Shown one piece after another: positions 30,488-40,613 of a stretch of DNA of 64,000 nt. A program made the translations under genes and the position numbers. Numbering within the stretch: position 1 is the stretch's first letter; each line of letters opens with the position of its first letter. Under the pieces are notes generated by a model. It ran no database searches. It was given only the letters and a program-made list of their open reading frames with translations, and was not told the DNA's origin. This stretch comes from an uncultured virus (IMG/VR IMGVR_UViG_3300042894_007218) (taxonomy: Duplodnaviria; Heunggongvirae; Uroviricota; Caudoviricetes): IMG/VR virus record IMGVR_UViG_3300042894_007218; one strand, 5' to 3'.

Positions 30488-31594
30488 TTACTTTTTAAAT
30501 TCTTTTTTGTCATTTGAGATATAGAAGTTATTGAAGTTATAGTATTTTTCATAAACTTCTAATACTTTTTTAAGATTTACTTCATCTAAAATATCATAGA
30601 CAGACCAACCGGTTGGATTTATCCATTGATTTACACTTTTATATCTTAGAATTTCATCTTTTTTCATTCTGACTGAATAGTAATCTTTAACTAAATTAAA
30701 TCTGTCTTTTGTTAAATATTTTTTAGGATTTTTAATAACACCTTCTACAGCATCAACAACAGCATTAAAGTTTTTATTTGATGTTTGTGTTGATATTGAG
30801 TTAAGACCTTGTTGGTTCATTCTACTTTGATAACAATGAACGTAATAAACTAATCCTCTTTTTTCACGAATTTCTTGATAAAGTGGAGATTTCAAACCTA
30901 ATGATAGCATAGCATTGATAAAATGAACATAAGCAAAATCTTCATTAATAACTGGAGAAAGAATGGCAATCGAAGTTTTGTCTTTCCAATCGTTATTTAA
31001 TTCTAAAGGAACATTGTGATTTCCGTAAGAAAGAGGTTTAATAATTGTTCTGTCTGCAAAATCTAAAGTAGGATTTTTATAATCTTTTTTAGAAACATTA
31101 ATAATCTTTGTTGGTTTTGCATATTGAAGTTCAAAGAAATTTAAACAATCCATGAATTTTAATTTTTCTAAATCCTCTTTTAAACCGATTGGATCATAAT
31201 CACCAAATAGTTTTCTTGAAAGATTTAACATATGACATTGAGTTTGTTCGTTGAAAGAATCCATATATTCTTCTAAAACAATATTTCTTTCATTTTCAAA
31301 CTCAGCCTTTTTAACATTGAATCCACCAAGTAAGTCCATAAACTCACCTTTCCATTTATTAACTTTATCTTCCAATCCTGTTAAATAAAATACGATTTCA
31401 TTTGAAGAGGTATAAGCATTCCATTCTATTCCGTCACGGTCAAAATCTTCCTGTAAGTGGTCAAAATTTTTGCACATTAAGTGTTCCATCAAATGAGATA
31501 TCCCATACCATCCTTTCTTTTCTAAATTTGTGGAACCTTCATATACCACATAAAATCCTGAAAGGTCTGTTTGGCTTTTTAAATTAGTTATCAT
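30488..31594 (-). CDS. M16 family zinc peptidase
   Basis: G.SHLMEHL inverted zinc motif, NAYTS, ERNIVLEE, S.LYQEIREKRGLVY. Confidence 0.9.
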   Translation of the reverse strand: MITNLKSQTDLSGFYVVYEGSTNLEKKGWYGISHLMEHLMCKNFDHLQEDFDRDGIEWNAYTSSNEIVFYLTGLEDKVNKWKGEFMDLLGGFNVKKAEFENERNIVLEEYMDSFNEQTQCHMLNLSRKLFGDYDPIGLKEDLEKLKFMDCLNFFELQYAKPTKIINVSKKDYKNPTLDFADRTIIKPLSYGNHNVPLELNNDWKDKTSIAILSPVINEDFAYVHFINAMLSLGLKSPLYQEIREKRGLVYYVHCYQSRMNQQGLNSISTQTSNKNFNAVVDAVEGVIKNPKKYLTKDRFNLVKDYYSVRMKKDEILRYKSVNQWINPTGWSVYDILDEVNLKKVLEVYEKYYNFNNFYISNDKKEFKK

Positions 31595-31610
31595 TTTGTG
31601 TTTTTAATTT

Positions 31611-32666
31611 TTAATCTTCTTTGAACGTACCCCAAATAATTAAATCGTCAGTATCTGTTAGTTCAATATCTAAAGAGAATCCTTCCATTTGTTTTACAAA
31701 TTCAGCAGAAGCCATTTCAATATCACTATGTTTTACTTCTTCAATTCCATTTAGTTTAAGTATTTCTAAACATAATTTATCTATATCAATGATAATTCTA
31801 TCTTCTTCTATAATAGAAAAATCATCTAATTTAAATTGTCTTATTAAACCTCTTATTTCTGCTCTGGTCAACATGTTGTCAATACCAAGACTTTGTTTAG
31901 GTTCTTTGAATGATATAGCATATAGTATTCTACTACAAATTGATGAAAATTCTTCTTCAATATATTTTTGCAAATCACTCATAGCTTCTTCTTTAAGCCA
32001 TTCTTCATCTATTTGACATTGTTTCATCCAAAGTTTTCCATATTCAGTTTGATGATAACCATATCTGTATCTAATAAAAGCTTCTGAATAATCTCCGCCA
32101 TTTTCCCATCCATCAATATCTCCCCAACCGTGCCCACCAAGTCTAACAATACTTGTATCAAGTCCTAATTTTTCAAATAGTTTATAAAGATAAACGTCTT
32201 GAACAGCTCCTTGACTATCTAATCGAGCACCAACTGAAAATGGTTGAAGAATTGTATCATAATCATCTCTACTAAAATTTGACCAAGTAAAAGATTTCAA
32301 TTTTTCCTTTAGACCTTCTACTATACTTTTCAATGGTTCTCTATTAATTGGAAAACTCCCTCCTTTATAAAAATCTTCTAAATTGTATCCACATCTCATA
32401 TTATTTTCTTCAGAGAAAAGATCTTTAATCTCTTCTAAAGAAAATCCTTTTTCATCAAAATGTTTTTGAATTTTCTGAAAATCTTGTTCTGGATTTCTAT
32501 TTATTCTTTTACACATATCAGAGTAGCTATAATTGAAGTCAAATCGTGAATAATCTAATTCTAAAATCTGATTCCAAAATTTACCTCTTTCTATTAAAAC
32601 TTCTAATAAATCATCTGTGATTTCTACACTTTCGTTTATGAATTGACTATATTTTCTTAATTTCAT
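31611..32666 (-). CDS. Hypothetical protein with MKLRKYSQFINES N-terminal motif
   Basis: Start moved from 32693 to 32666 because AATATATA lies 4 nt upstream and the family motif begins there. Confidence 0.6.
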   Translation of the reverse strand: MKLRKYSQFINESVEITDDLLEVLIERGKFWNQILELDYSRFDFNYSYSDMCKRINRNPEQDFQKIQKHFDEKGFSLEEIKDLFSEENNMRCGYNLEDFYKGGSFPINREPLKSIVEGLKEKLKSFTWSNFSRDDYDTILQPFSVGARLDSQGAVQDVYLYKLFEKLGLDTSIVRLGGHGWGDIDGWENGGDYSEAFIRYRYGYHQTEYGKLWMKQCQIDEEWLKEEAMSDLQKYIEEEFSSICSRILYAISFKEPKQSLGIDNMLTRAEIRGLIRQFKLDDFSIIEEDRIIIDIDKLCLEILKLNGIEEVKHSDIEMASAEFVKQMEGFSLDIELTDTDDLIIWGTFKED

Positions 32667-32682
32667 ATAGTATATATTAAAT

Positions 32683-32709
32683 AAAAAACCCACCGTTTTT
32701 GGTGAGTTT
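32683..32709 (-). terminator. Intrinsic terminator
   Basis: Minus strand aaactcacc-aaaaac-ggtgggtttttt after the 32720-32977 ORF. Confidence 0.65.
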
Positions 32710-32719
32710 CTAATATTTT

Positions 32720-32977
32720 TTACATATCCTCTTCGGGTAGCTCACCTTCTAAAGCAAGATAAACTTCTTTGAAATCATCAATAGTCCAATTTGGGTAGTA
32801 TTCCTTTAATGCTTCCATCGAATATTCATCACCTATAATTATGTTGTAATATTGGTCTTTTGCCATATTCCACAAACCAGGCATTTGTTGATATTTTGCA
32901 ATAACTTCTTGTGTAGTTTTTTCACCACTATTCTCATAAATCTTTGAAAATGATTCAAATGTTTTAATATTCTTCAT
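32720..32977 (-). CDS. Hypothetical protein with MKNIKTFESF N-terminal motif
   Basis: 85 aa ORF. Confidence 0.6.
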   Translation of the reverse strand: MKNIKTFESFSKIYENSGEKTTQEVIAKYQQMPGLWNMAKDQYYNIIIGDEYSMEALKEYYPNWTIDDFKEVYLALEGELPEEDM

Positions 32978-32985
32978 TTTAATTG

Positions 32986-33357
32986 TTATTTTTTAATTTT
33001 ACCTGGCCAAACAATAGGTTCATTTGGTTCTATACCAAAAAGTTTTCTAACACTCATAGCAACATCTTCTTCCATATTTTCAAAGTCATTATCTATTCTG
33101 TGCCATCTTTCCATAATATCTCTAGCTTCTTTTCGTAACTCTTCAATATCTCTTTGAATTTTACCATCTGCTACTTCACCACCATAGTAGTGTTGACCTG
33201 GTCCTTCATATTGGTTACCTCTTGACCATGATTCTATTTCATTTCTCAATTCATGAATACCCCCTTCGATATTTATTAGTCTTTTTGACCATTTCTCAAT
33301 GTTTTGTGCTTCTATTGCACTTACAAACTCCTCGTTAAATTTTCTTAAATATTTCAT
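32986..33357 (-). CDS. Hypothetical protein with MKYLRKFNEEF N-terminal motif
   Basis: 123 aa ORF, AATATATA upstream. Confidence 0.6.
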   Translation of the reverse strand: MKYLRKFNEEFVSAIEAQNIEKWSKRLINIEGGIHELRNEIESWSRGNQYEGPGQHYYGGEVADGKIQRDIEELRKEARDIMERWHRIDNDFENMEEDVAMSVRKLFGIEPNEPIVWPGKIKK

Positions 33358-33417
33358 ATTTATTTATCTTTTTTATAGATTTCATATTCTTAATAAGATT
33401 ATATATTAAATTTAATA

Positions 33418-34404
33418 TTAGAATTTTCTATTCTTGAGATGTTCTATAAAATTAAATGAATTGTCTTTATTTAGATTAATCATATCATCTGTAACTTCAA
33501 TTTCTTTTAAAGTTGAAAGGTCTAACTTCTTTAAGAAGTAAAGCTCTGAAGCGTCTTTATAATCTTCACTAATGTATATTTTAGAAGGTATATTGTATTC
33601 AGAAAAGAAGTATTGAAGTATAGCAGATGTTCTTAATCCAACTTCATCATTATCTGAAAAGAATTTAATCATCTTAGGTTTCTTTTCCAATAATTGATAC
33701 AATTGAATTCCCGACCACATAGCTGATGAACAAGAAACCGATTTCTCACCTAATTCATAAATAGCCATTGTATCAAAAATACCTTCTGTAATCCAAAACT
33801 CATCACCTTCTTCGATTTCGTCTAATCCCCAAACAGGAACATCTGGACAAGCTAATGTATATTTAAGAGTTCTTGTAGAACCATTACTTTCTAATCCAAC
33901 TTTTCTAACTGCACAATTGATAAGGTTTTCATCTGAATCAAAAAGTGGGATAACAATTCCACCATTTTCGATTGCATCATCTAAAAAACCTGTCATTGTT
34001 GGATGAACAGTAGCTCCAATGTTTTCCAACTGTTTTCTTTCTTTAATTTGAGATAGTCCAAATAGCCTCCATTTCCACATAACTTCTTGGTCAACTCCTC
34101 TATCTAATAGAAAATGTATTTCATCATAAGAAAATTTTCCAACATTTAAATAGAAGTCCTCTGATAATTCTTTTAAATCTTCGGGTCTTACTAAAATATC
34201 ATTTGTATTTTGGTTTATTTCTTTAATATTAACTTCAACCATTCTATCATCTGATTGAAATTTAGATTTTGATTTTTTGAGTATTTTTTCTAACTTTGAT
34301 AACTTAAATGGATTTATATTTTTTGGTATGAAATTTTTAACAACTCCATTTACAGAACGGTTGTTGTAAAGTATAAAACCAAGTTCTTCTAAATTCCAAT
34401 TCAT
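33418..34404 (-). CDS. DNA primase-like TOPRIM protein
   Basis: L..RG, IVIPLFD, ITEGIFDTMA, FSDNDEVG, KDASE; no obvious N-terminal zinc finger. Confidence 0.75.
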   Translation of the reverse strand: MNWNLEELGFILYNNRSVNGVVKNFIPKNINPFKLSKLEKILKKSKSKFQSDDRMVEVNIKEINQNTNDILVRPEDLKELSEDFYLNVGKFSYDEIHFLLDRGVDQEVMWKWRLFGLSQIKERKQLENIGATVHPTMTGFLDDAIENGGIVIPLFDSDENLINCAVRKVGLESNGSTRTLKYTLACPDVPVWGLDEIEEGDEFWITEGIFDTMAIYELGEKSVSCSSAMWSGIQLYQLLEKKPKMIKFFSDNDEVGLRTSAILQYFFSEYNIPSKIYISEDYKDASELYFLKKLDLSTLKEIEVTDDMINLNKDNSFNFIEHLKNRKF

Positions 34405-34423
34405 TAAAATGGTAGTGAATTAT

Positions 34424-34454
34424 TTTGTTTTGTTTATAAAAAGTTATATATTTG
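34424..34454 (+). promoter_or_regulatory. Bacteroidota sigma-A promoter
   Basis: TTTG (34424-27), 19 nt spacer, TATATTTG (34447-54). Confidence 0.7.
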
Positions 34455-34471
34455 TAAAATAAAGTCTCAGT

Positions 34472-35095
34472 ATGATAAAAGTAGGATTGTCTGGTAATCG
34501 TTATTCTGGTAAAAATAGAGTTGTCAGTTTGTTTAAGCAAATTGGAATACCCGTATTTGAAGCGGACGTAATTTTAAAATTTATTTTAAATCACAATTAT
34601 GAACTTCAAGCAGAAATTGCTGATAGAGTTGGTAGAATATATTTCAAAGATGGTAAAATAAATGTTGATAAAGTAAAATCTGATGGTAAATTTTCTCAGA
34701 TATTAGAAATAGTTGAGCCTGAATTGTATAGGGTTTGGGAAAGATATTTAGAAAAAAATAAAAAAGCAATTTATTGTATTTTTCACTCTTCAATTCTCTT
34801 TGAAAGAGAGTGGAATAAAGCTATGGATATGAATATCTCTGTATTTGCGCCATACTCTGATAGAGTTGAAAGATGTAAATATTTAACTAATAAATCAGTA
34901 TCTTCAATTTATTCACTTACTAAATTAGAAATGGATGAATTGGATAAAAATAAAATGTCTGATTATGTAATTCATAACTACAATAATGATAGTCCATTCT
35001 ATGGTGATGCTTTAACTCAAGTCAATAATATTGATAAACAAATTATAGATAAGTTTCTTAAACAAAGTATGACCGAGAAAGAATTTGCACTATGA
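34472..35095 (+). CDS. coaE: Dephospho-CoA kinase-like protein
   Basis: KVGLSGNRYSGK, G.PVFEAD, LFE, SDYVIHN. Confidence 0.75.
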   Translation: MIKVGLSGNRYSGKNRVVSLFKQIGIPVFEADVILKFILNHNYELQAEIADRVGRIYFKDGKINVDKVKSDGKFSQILEIVEPELYRVWERYLEKNKKAIYCIFHSSILFEREWNKAMDMNISVFAPYSDRVERCKYLTNKSVSSIYSLTKLEMDELDKNKMSDYVIHNYNNDSPFYGDALTQVNNIDKQIIDKFLKQSMTEKEFAL

Positions 35096-35532
35096 AAAGA
35101 AGAATAAGAATGAAATTACTTTCTGAGTGTGAAAATAAACTTCAAGTTGTTAAGTTGATTAAAGACTGTACTGAATTAGGTCTAAAAGATTCAAAATGGA
35201 TTGCTGACGAAATGTTTAACTATATTGGCTTAGTCAAAGAAATTGAGTTAAGAGAACCTTATATAAAAGAAGGTAAAACTTTTAATCCTTATGAAGAATT
35301 TACAAAAAATATTCAAACTTTCGGTCATTTTCATGTTACCGGTGGTTTATCTTGGGAAAGAGATGCAAAAATGTTAGGCATTGGTGTTGGCGATGTAGAG
35401 GATTATGCTAACTTTGTATCTGAGTATATGAGTTATAATAACTCTGATGAAAATAAAATTATTTTAGAAGTTCTTTTTTCTAAATTAGATAAGAAAGACT
35501 TAGTTGAATTAGTAAATAAAATTAAAATATAA
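35092..35532 (+). CDS. Protein with ribosomal L7/L12 C-terminal-domain-like segment
   Basis: KLQVVKLIKDCTELGLKDSKWIAD resembles the L7/L12 motif KI.VIK.VR..TGLGLKEAK..VE. Confidence 0.55.
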   Translation: MKRRIRMKLLSECENKLQVVKLIKDCTELGLKDSKWIADEMFNYIGLVKEIELREPYIKEGKTFNPYEEFTKNIQTFGHFHVTGGLSWERDAKMLGIGVGDVEDYANFVSEYMSYNNSDENKIILEVLFSKLDKKDLVELVNKIKI

Positions 35533-35538
35533 ATAAAT

Positions 35539-35934
35539 ATGGCAAATGCTTGGATACACTCAAAATCTTCAGCTCGTCGTTACGGAGGAGAACCAGAAGA
35601 TTACTTAAATATACACATGAAAATGGATTGTTCAAAAGCTTATGTTGCTGATAACAGGCACCGAGCACTTACTCATACTAATTTTTGGATACATGAAGTA
35701 ATGATTCCTATTTTTGGTTATATGATAAAAAACTCATCCGGTAAAGACGTATCTGTAAAGGATGTTTGTGAACAACACATCTTAGAGGATTTTGGAATGC
35801 GTTTCATTCCAACTGCTCAGGATTACTTAGAAAACATGGAATTTAAAGATTGGATGCAAAATGGCATCAAAGGTCATCCAAGCTCGTTTGAGAAAATATC
35901 ACAAAAAGGAAACATCAAAGTAAATTTAGATTAA
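35539..35934 (+). CDS. Conserved phage protein (DUF6915-like)
   Basis: H..SSARRYGG..EDY..IH..MD.SK....D.RHRAL.H, EQHILED...IPT..D. Confidence 0.65.
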   Translation: MANAWIHSKSSARRYGGEPEDYLNIHMKMDCSKAYVADNRHRALTHTNFWIHEVMIPIFGYMIKNSSGKDVSVKDVCEQHILEDFGMRFIPTAQDYLENMEFKDWMQNGIKGHPSSFEKISQKGNIKVNLD

Positions 35935-35935
35935 T

Positions 35936-36718
35936 ATGTCAATTAAAAGAACGTTTGTAACTTTTGCGGATGGTGATAAATATGAAAAACTAGCGCAAGT
36001 TTTAAAAGATAGTATTAATTCTTTTTCAGAATATGATATTGAAATCTATAATAAATCTGATTTCAATTTGACATATGATGTAGACTTTAGTAGTAGTTTT
36101 GGTTACTTATATAAAATTCTATCTTGTGTAAAGGCCTTAGAAAATTATGATGAGGTTGTTTGGATAGATACTGATTGTATAGTGACTAATTATATTGATA
36201 AAATCTGGTTTGAAAATTTTCGATTGAACCAGTATCCGTTACTACCAAAGTATAGATTTTATATGTTTCATAAAAGACCGGATAATCCAAAAGTGAGAGA
36301 AATTAGTTTCAAAAAACTAAACTTAGACTACATCGATGGTGATTATTTACAGGCTTGTTTCATGTTTTTTAATAAATCAAGTTTAGATTTTTTTAATGAA
36401 GTTTTAAGTATCTTTTCAAATAAATTTACTATTAAAGAATTTCCACTTGGTGATGAAACAATAATAAATTGCCTTTTGAGAAAATATGAATTTGATGATA
36501 ATTTAGGTTATAAGTTTATGTGTACACATCACTTTAATGGAACTCGAATGAAAAACTTTGTTAAATCTTCTAATAGTTTAGATTATTTATCTATCTTTGA
36601 GGAATTTAAACCAAAAGATAACTTTTTTGAAAATATATTATTTTTACATGGTTCGAAAAATGTTGATTTTCATAGAGAATTGCTAGAAAAATTAAAATTA
36701 AAAATGGGAAAAATATGA
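35936..36718 (+). CDS. GT-A fold glycosyltransferase
   Basis: VVWIDTDC (DxD), GDET..N, FLHG.K. Confidence 0.65.
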   Translation: MSIKRTFVTFADGDKYEKLAQVLKDSINSFSEYDIEIYNKSDFNLTYDVDFSSSFGYLYKILSCVKALENYDEVVWIDTDCIVTNYIDKIWFENFRLNQYPLLPKYRFYMFHKRPDNPKVREISFKKLNLDYIDGDYLQACFMFFNKSSLDFFNEVLSIFSNKFTIKEFPLGDETIINCLLRKYEFDDNLGYKFMCTHHFNGTRMKNFVKSSNSLDYLSIFEEFKPKDNFFENILFLHGSKNVDFHRELLEKLKLKMGKI

Positions 36719-37440
36719 TAGTAATTTCTAAAATAGCAAATAAAAAACTTCTTAAAGGTCACCGATATGAAGTACAACAGCTTTGGAATGCTGGTAATAA
36801 TCAACGATGGGTTGAAGGTAAAGTGCAATTAGTTGGATTTGGAAAATACTCTGTTGATAGCTTTACTGATACAAATGGAAATCCTTTACCCAATACAAAC
36901 TATGTTTCTACGCAACCTCAAGTTGAAAGATTTATCAAATATGAAAACTGTAAAGTTGGTGAAATCCTTGTTTGTAATTCTGACCACTACAAAACACTTG
37001 CTAAAGGTTCGATGTATAAAATTGAAAAATTGGATAAAGTAGAAACAGAAGTCAGTGGTTGGGGTGGTAACAAATGGATTAGAAGAGAAGAGAGTATAAA
37101 ATTTGAAGGTATAAATAGAAAACTTAAATTCAATGGTTGGGCTTTCAGAAAATTAACACCTGAAGAAACTAGAGACATTTCACTTGGTTCAATTCTTACC
37201 GGTGAAGAACCAGATATTGTCAAAACTACCGCTATCAGAAAAATTGATATGTCTGTAAATAAAGAAAAAACACTTATGGAAGTTATCGCCAAAACATTAC
37301 TGGATGAAAACCGACATCATCTTACTATTATAGAGTGGTCTTGTCAAAAAACAGGTGAGAAACTAAGAATAAAACCTGATGATTTCATAGACATACTTGA
37401 TATGAAATTATCTGATATATTGGATAAAATAGAAAAATAA
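36715..37440 (+). CDS. Hypothetical protein
   Basis: 241 aa ORF, ATGA overlap. Confidence 0.55.
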   Translation: MIVISKIANKKLLKGHRYEVQQLWNAGNNQRWVEGKVQLVGFGKYSVDSFTDTNGNPLPNTNYVSTQPQVERFIKYENCKVGEILVCNSDHYKTLAKGSMYKIEKLDKVETEVSGWGGNKWIRREESIKFEGINRKLKFNGWAFRKLTPEETRDISLGSILTGEEPDIVKTTAIRKIDMSVNKEKTLMEVIAKTLLDENRHHLTIIEWSCQKTGEKLRIKPDDFIDILDMKLSDILDKIEK

Positions 37441-37452
37441 AAACAAATAAAT

Positions 37453-37944
37453 ATGAGCTTTGAACAAAAATTAGAGAAATTAAAAGAAAGACAATCACAA
37501 ATTAGTGATATTAAAAAAGAAGTATTAGATTTATCATCTGGTATTTTTGAAGACTTCTACAAATATATTTTTGAGAAGTATCCTACATTAGAATCTTTTG
37601 GTTGGAATCAATATACTCCCTACTTTAACGACGGCGACGCGACAATTTTTTCTGTAAATACAGACTATATTTCAATAAATGATGAATACGTTGATGAAGC
37701 TAAATGGATATCTGAGGTAAATGTTATCAATTGGGGAAACTACGATAGAGTAAATAAAACTTATGTCGGTAGAGTTGAAGAACCAAACCCAGATTATGAT
37801 CCTGTATTGGCTGCTGCATCAAATGAGATTGTAGATTTCTTAGGTCGATTTGACAATGATTTTTATTTAAGTAAGTTTGGAGACCACGCTGAAATTACTG
37901 TAACTAAGTCTGAAATAAAAATCTCTGACCATGACCACGATTAA
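37453..37944 (+). CDS. Conserved phage hypothetical protein
   Basis: W.QYTPYFNDGD motif, FGDH, ends HDHD. Confidence 0.6.
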   Translation: MSFEQKLEKLKERQSQISDIKKEVLDLSSGIFEDFYKYIFEKYPTLESFGWNQYTPYFNDGDATIFSVNTDYISINDEYVDEAKWISEVNVINWGNYDRVNKTYVGRVEEPNPDYDPVLAAASNEIVDFLGRFDNDFYLSKFGDHAEITVTKSEIKISDHDHD

Positions 37945-38218
37945 AATACTTTTGTTTAGTTTTCTATTTAGTTTAAGTCTTTATTCACAAGACACCACTA
38001 AAATTAAAAGAGAATATTTAATGACTGGAATTTTTTCAGCAACTGCTTCAATTCTACCTTATCATGTTGCTAAAGAAACTTATGTGTATAATAAAGAAAA
38101 TACATATTCTTATATTTTTACCGGTGTCTGGTTTTCTTTTGGATTGGCGTTAGATATCAATGCGACTTATAACTTCATACAATATCATAAATTAAAAAAG
38201 AAATCCGTATCTTTGTAA
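37931..38218 (+). CDS. Small membrane/secreted hypothetical protein
   Basis: Signal-peptide-like N-terminus and hydrophobic segments. Confidence 0.5.
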   Translation: MTTIKILLFSFLFSLSLYSQDTTKIKREYLMTGIFSATASILPYHVAKETYVYNKENTYSYIFTGVWFSFGLALDINATYNFIQYHKLKKKSVSL

Positions 38219-38219
38219 A

Positions 38220-38447
38220 ATGAAAAAGAACGATATCGTTATTTGTGTTACGGATAAAATGTATGGTCAAAAGCAGACTCTTAAAATAGGTGAACAATAT
38301 ATTATCGTTGATGTAATCGAAATGTCTGAGAAAAAGATAGTTAATGTTTGTGATATGAATAAGAAACAATGTGGATTATATGATGATAGACATTTTATAC
38401 CTTTAGATGTTTGGAGAGAATTTCAACTAAGAAAAGTATTAAACTAA
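38220..38447 (+). CDS. Small hypothetical protein, C-terminal REFQLRKVLN motif
   Basis: 75 aa; TATCTTTG at 38208-15 immediately upstream. Confidence 0.55.
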   Translation: MKKNDIVICVTDKMYGQKQTLKIGEQYIIVDVIEMSEKKIVNVCDMNKKQCGLYDDRHFIPLDVWREFQLRKVLN

Positions 38448-39187
38448 TGTATAATAAAATTTATGATTTTTGTAAAGTAAGAAATGAGGGAAATATCTTT
38501 CAAAACTCTAATATACCAACACCAAGAGCTCAATTTCTTATTGATTTAATCCAATCAGAGGGAATTGATTTTGAATTGGATAAATTCAATGCATCCGGAA
38601 CCTTTGGTTATAACATTATAATGAAAGGTTCTTCAGACCGAATGGTTGTTGCTCATCACGACATAGTAAATCCTCTTATTGATAATGCCAATGATAACTC
38701 AGCATCCTGTATCAATGCTATAATGATAAAAAAATTAATGCCGCATATCAATATTGTTTTATTAGATGGTGAAGAGTGTGGTGGAATAGGAAGTCAAAGA
38801 CTTTCAAATCAAATTTTAGATGGTCATTTTGGCCATATCGATTGGGTTTTAAATTTAGAACTCACTGGTCGAGGTGGTAAGTATTTTTTTATCGGAGAAT
38901 ATCCTGGAAAACTTCACGATCATATCAAATCAATTTTTCGTTGTCCTGTTGTGAAAACGCCTTATAATGATTCTGTTACTTTAAGAAGAAATGGAATAGA
39001 TTCTTGTGTCATAAATCCATTACCACCATTAAAAGAAGGTACTTCAAATGTCAAATGGAATGATGATACTTACTTAGATTTTTCTATGTTGTGGAATTGT
39101 CACTCAAAAAGAGATACTATTGATACAATCTCTCCTATTGATATGAAAGAGTTTGTTGAAGATGTTGTGTTGAAAATATTAAATTAA
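38447..39187 (+). CDS. M28 family metallopeptidase
   Basis: VVAHHD, ANDNSAS, DGEE.G..GS, LNLE, HS..D; start moved to 38447 (TAATG overlap). Confidence 0.78.
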   Translation: MYNKIYDFCKVRNEGNIFQNSNIPTPRAQFLIDLIQSEGIDFELDKFNASGTFGYNIIMKGSSDRMVVAHHDIVNPLIDNANDNSASCINAIMIKKLMPHINIVLLDGEECGGIGSQRLSNQILDGHFGHIDWVLNLELTGRGGKYFFIGEYPGKLHDHIKSIFRCPVVKTPYNDSVTLRRNGIDSCVINPLPPLKEGTSNVKWNDDTYLDFSMLWNCHSKRDTIDTISPIDMKEFVEDVVLKILN

Positions 39188-39427
39188 ATTCCAGATTTCA
39201 CTTTCTACGTCTTTTTGTAAGATAGAATGGTCTTCATTCATCAAAGTTATTAAGTTAGACATTTTTGTCTCTAAAACAGACCAATCTGAATGGTTTAAAA
39301 ATTCAGAATAATCTTGGTCATATAATAAATTGTCGATTGGAAATACAAATTTACCTGTTCCATTTATGAAAATCAATTTGCACATTTCAACAAATTTTAA
39401 TTTTATGTCTAACTCTGAGTTTATCAT
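39179..39427 (-). CDS. Hypothetical protein
   Basis: Start moved to 39427, 4 nt after TATATTTG on the minus strand. Confidence 0.5.
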   Translation of the reverse strand: MINSELDIKLKFVEMCKLIFINGTGKFVFPIDNLLYDQDYSEFLNHSDWSVLETKMSNLITLMNEDHSILQKDVESEIWNLI

Positions 39428-39447
39428 ATCACAAATATACAAAAAAA

Positions 39448-39939
39448 TTAGAAAATATCAATAAACTTTATGATATCATTTCCTTTTTTTCCAGGAAGTA
39501 TTGTAACTACTTTGACTTCATAAATTCCATCAGCATATTCATCAATATCAAAATACATAATAATAGAAAAGTTGTATTCTGATGAGTAAAGTGTATATCT
39601 ACCTGTTGTGTACAATTCTTTTCCGACCATATCTGGAAATATCTTATTAAATTCGTTTTTAAAATACTGATTAAATTCTTCTACACTTATAAATGAAGTT
39701 CTATCCTGAATTCTTTTTGTTAGATTATGTGTAGCTGTGTCATTCCAGAAAATTTCGAATTGAATTTTTTTATTATTTACTCTTTTCTTAAGTGTTATAA
39801 ATTTTACTAATTTTTTACTAAGGTCAAACTCAGCATCTTTTATCTTTTTCATTTGTGATGCTAATTCTGAATCTCCTTTTATGTTTAGGATATCAGATAA
39901 TCTTGCTTCTAAAAATAGTTTGAATTTTGTATAAATCAT
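39448..39939 (-). CDS. Hypothetical protein with MIYTKFKLFLE N-terminal motif
   Basis: 163 aa ORF. Confidence 0.55.
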   Translation of the reverse strand: MIYTKFKLFLEARLSDILNIKGDSELASQMKKIKDAEFDLSKKLVKFITLKKRVNNKKIQFEIFWNDTATHNLTKRIQDRTSFISVEEFNQYFKNEFNKIFPDMVGKELYTTGRYTLYSSEYNFSIIMYFDIDEYADGIYEVKVVTILPGKKGNDIIKFIDIF

Positions 39940-40553
39940 AATATAGTTGAAATATAATATTGTTTATCCAGCTCCTCTGGTGTTGGACTCTTTTCATTCC
40001 AATCTGGAAGAGCCTCAATCAATTCATCAATATTTTTAGCCTCTAATCCACCGGAAATATCATCCTTATGTTTAAGTATATTAACATGATCGCAGTCTGG
40101 AAATACATAAAGTGGTAGACCACTCATTTTAGACAAAATAGCAGAGTGTTTAAGTGGAACTTTATCGTCTTTTCCACCGTGAATTATATATCCATTTGCT
40201 CCAGTAATTTCATCGCCTTTAAGTTGAACTGTAGTCCAGCCTCTTAACCAAGCCGGTGCTACTAAGTACAATTTCTTTGGAAGTTCAGCACCTTTTGCTA
40301 CTGATTGTATAAGAATTGCGCCTCCTCTTGAATAAGCTATAAGTGTATTGATATCCTTCTGATCGAGATATTTTATGGCTAAATTTTCATCTTCTTTGGT
40401 AATTTTTGGCGAGTCAGAAAAACTCGGACAACCACTATCTTTACCGGGTGTCCATTCCAATTCACATTCCGGAAGTTGCATATCATCTGGATCCATCATA
40501 TAACCGTGAAAAGCCACTTTATTGAAACTTTCAAATGTTTTCAAATACCTCAT
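39936..40553 (-). CDS. Alpha/beta hydrolase with MRYLKTFESF N-terminal motif
   Basis: FHG, nucleophile elbow AYSRGG, IIHG.KDDKVP, DH. Confidence 0.75.
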   Translation of the reverse strand: MRYLKTFESFNKVAFHGYMMDPDDMQLPECELEWTPGKDSGCPSFSDSPKITKEDENLAIKYLDQKDINTLIAYSRGGAILIQSVAKGAELPKKLYLVAPAWLRGWTTVQLKGDEITGANGYIIHGGKDDKVPLKHSAILSKMSGLPLYVFPDCDHVNILKHKDDISGGLEAKNIDELIEALPDWNEKSPTPEELDKQYYISTIL

Positions 40554-40564
40554 TTTCTATATAT

Positions 40565-40594
40565 AAAAAAACCTCAGATAAAATCTGAGGTTTT
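40565..40594 (-). terminator. Intrinsic terminator after S1-like gene
   Basis: aaaacctcagat-aaa-atctgaggtttt inverted repeat with flanking A/T tracts. Confidence 0.8.
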
Positions 40595-40613
40595 CATTAA
40601 ATCAAAAACTTTA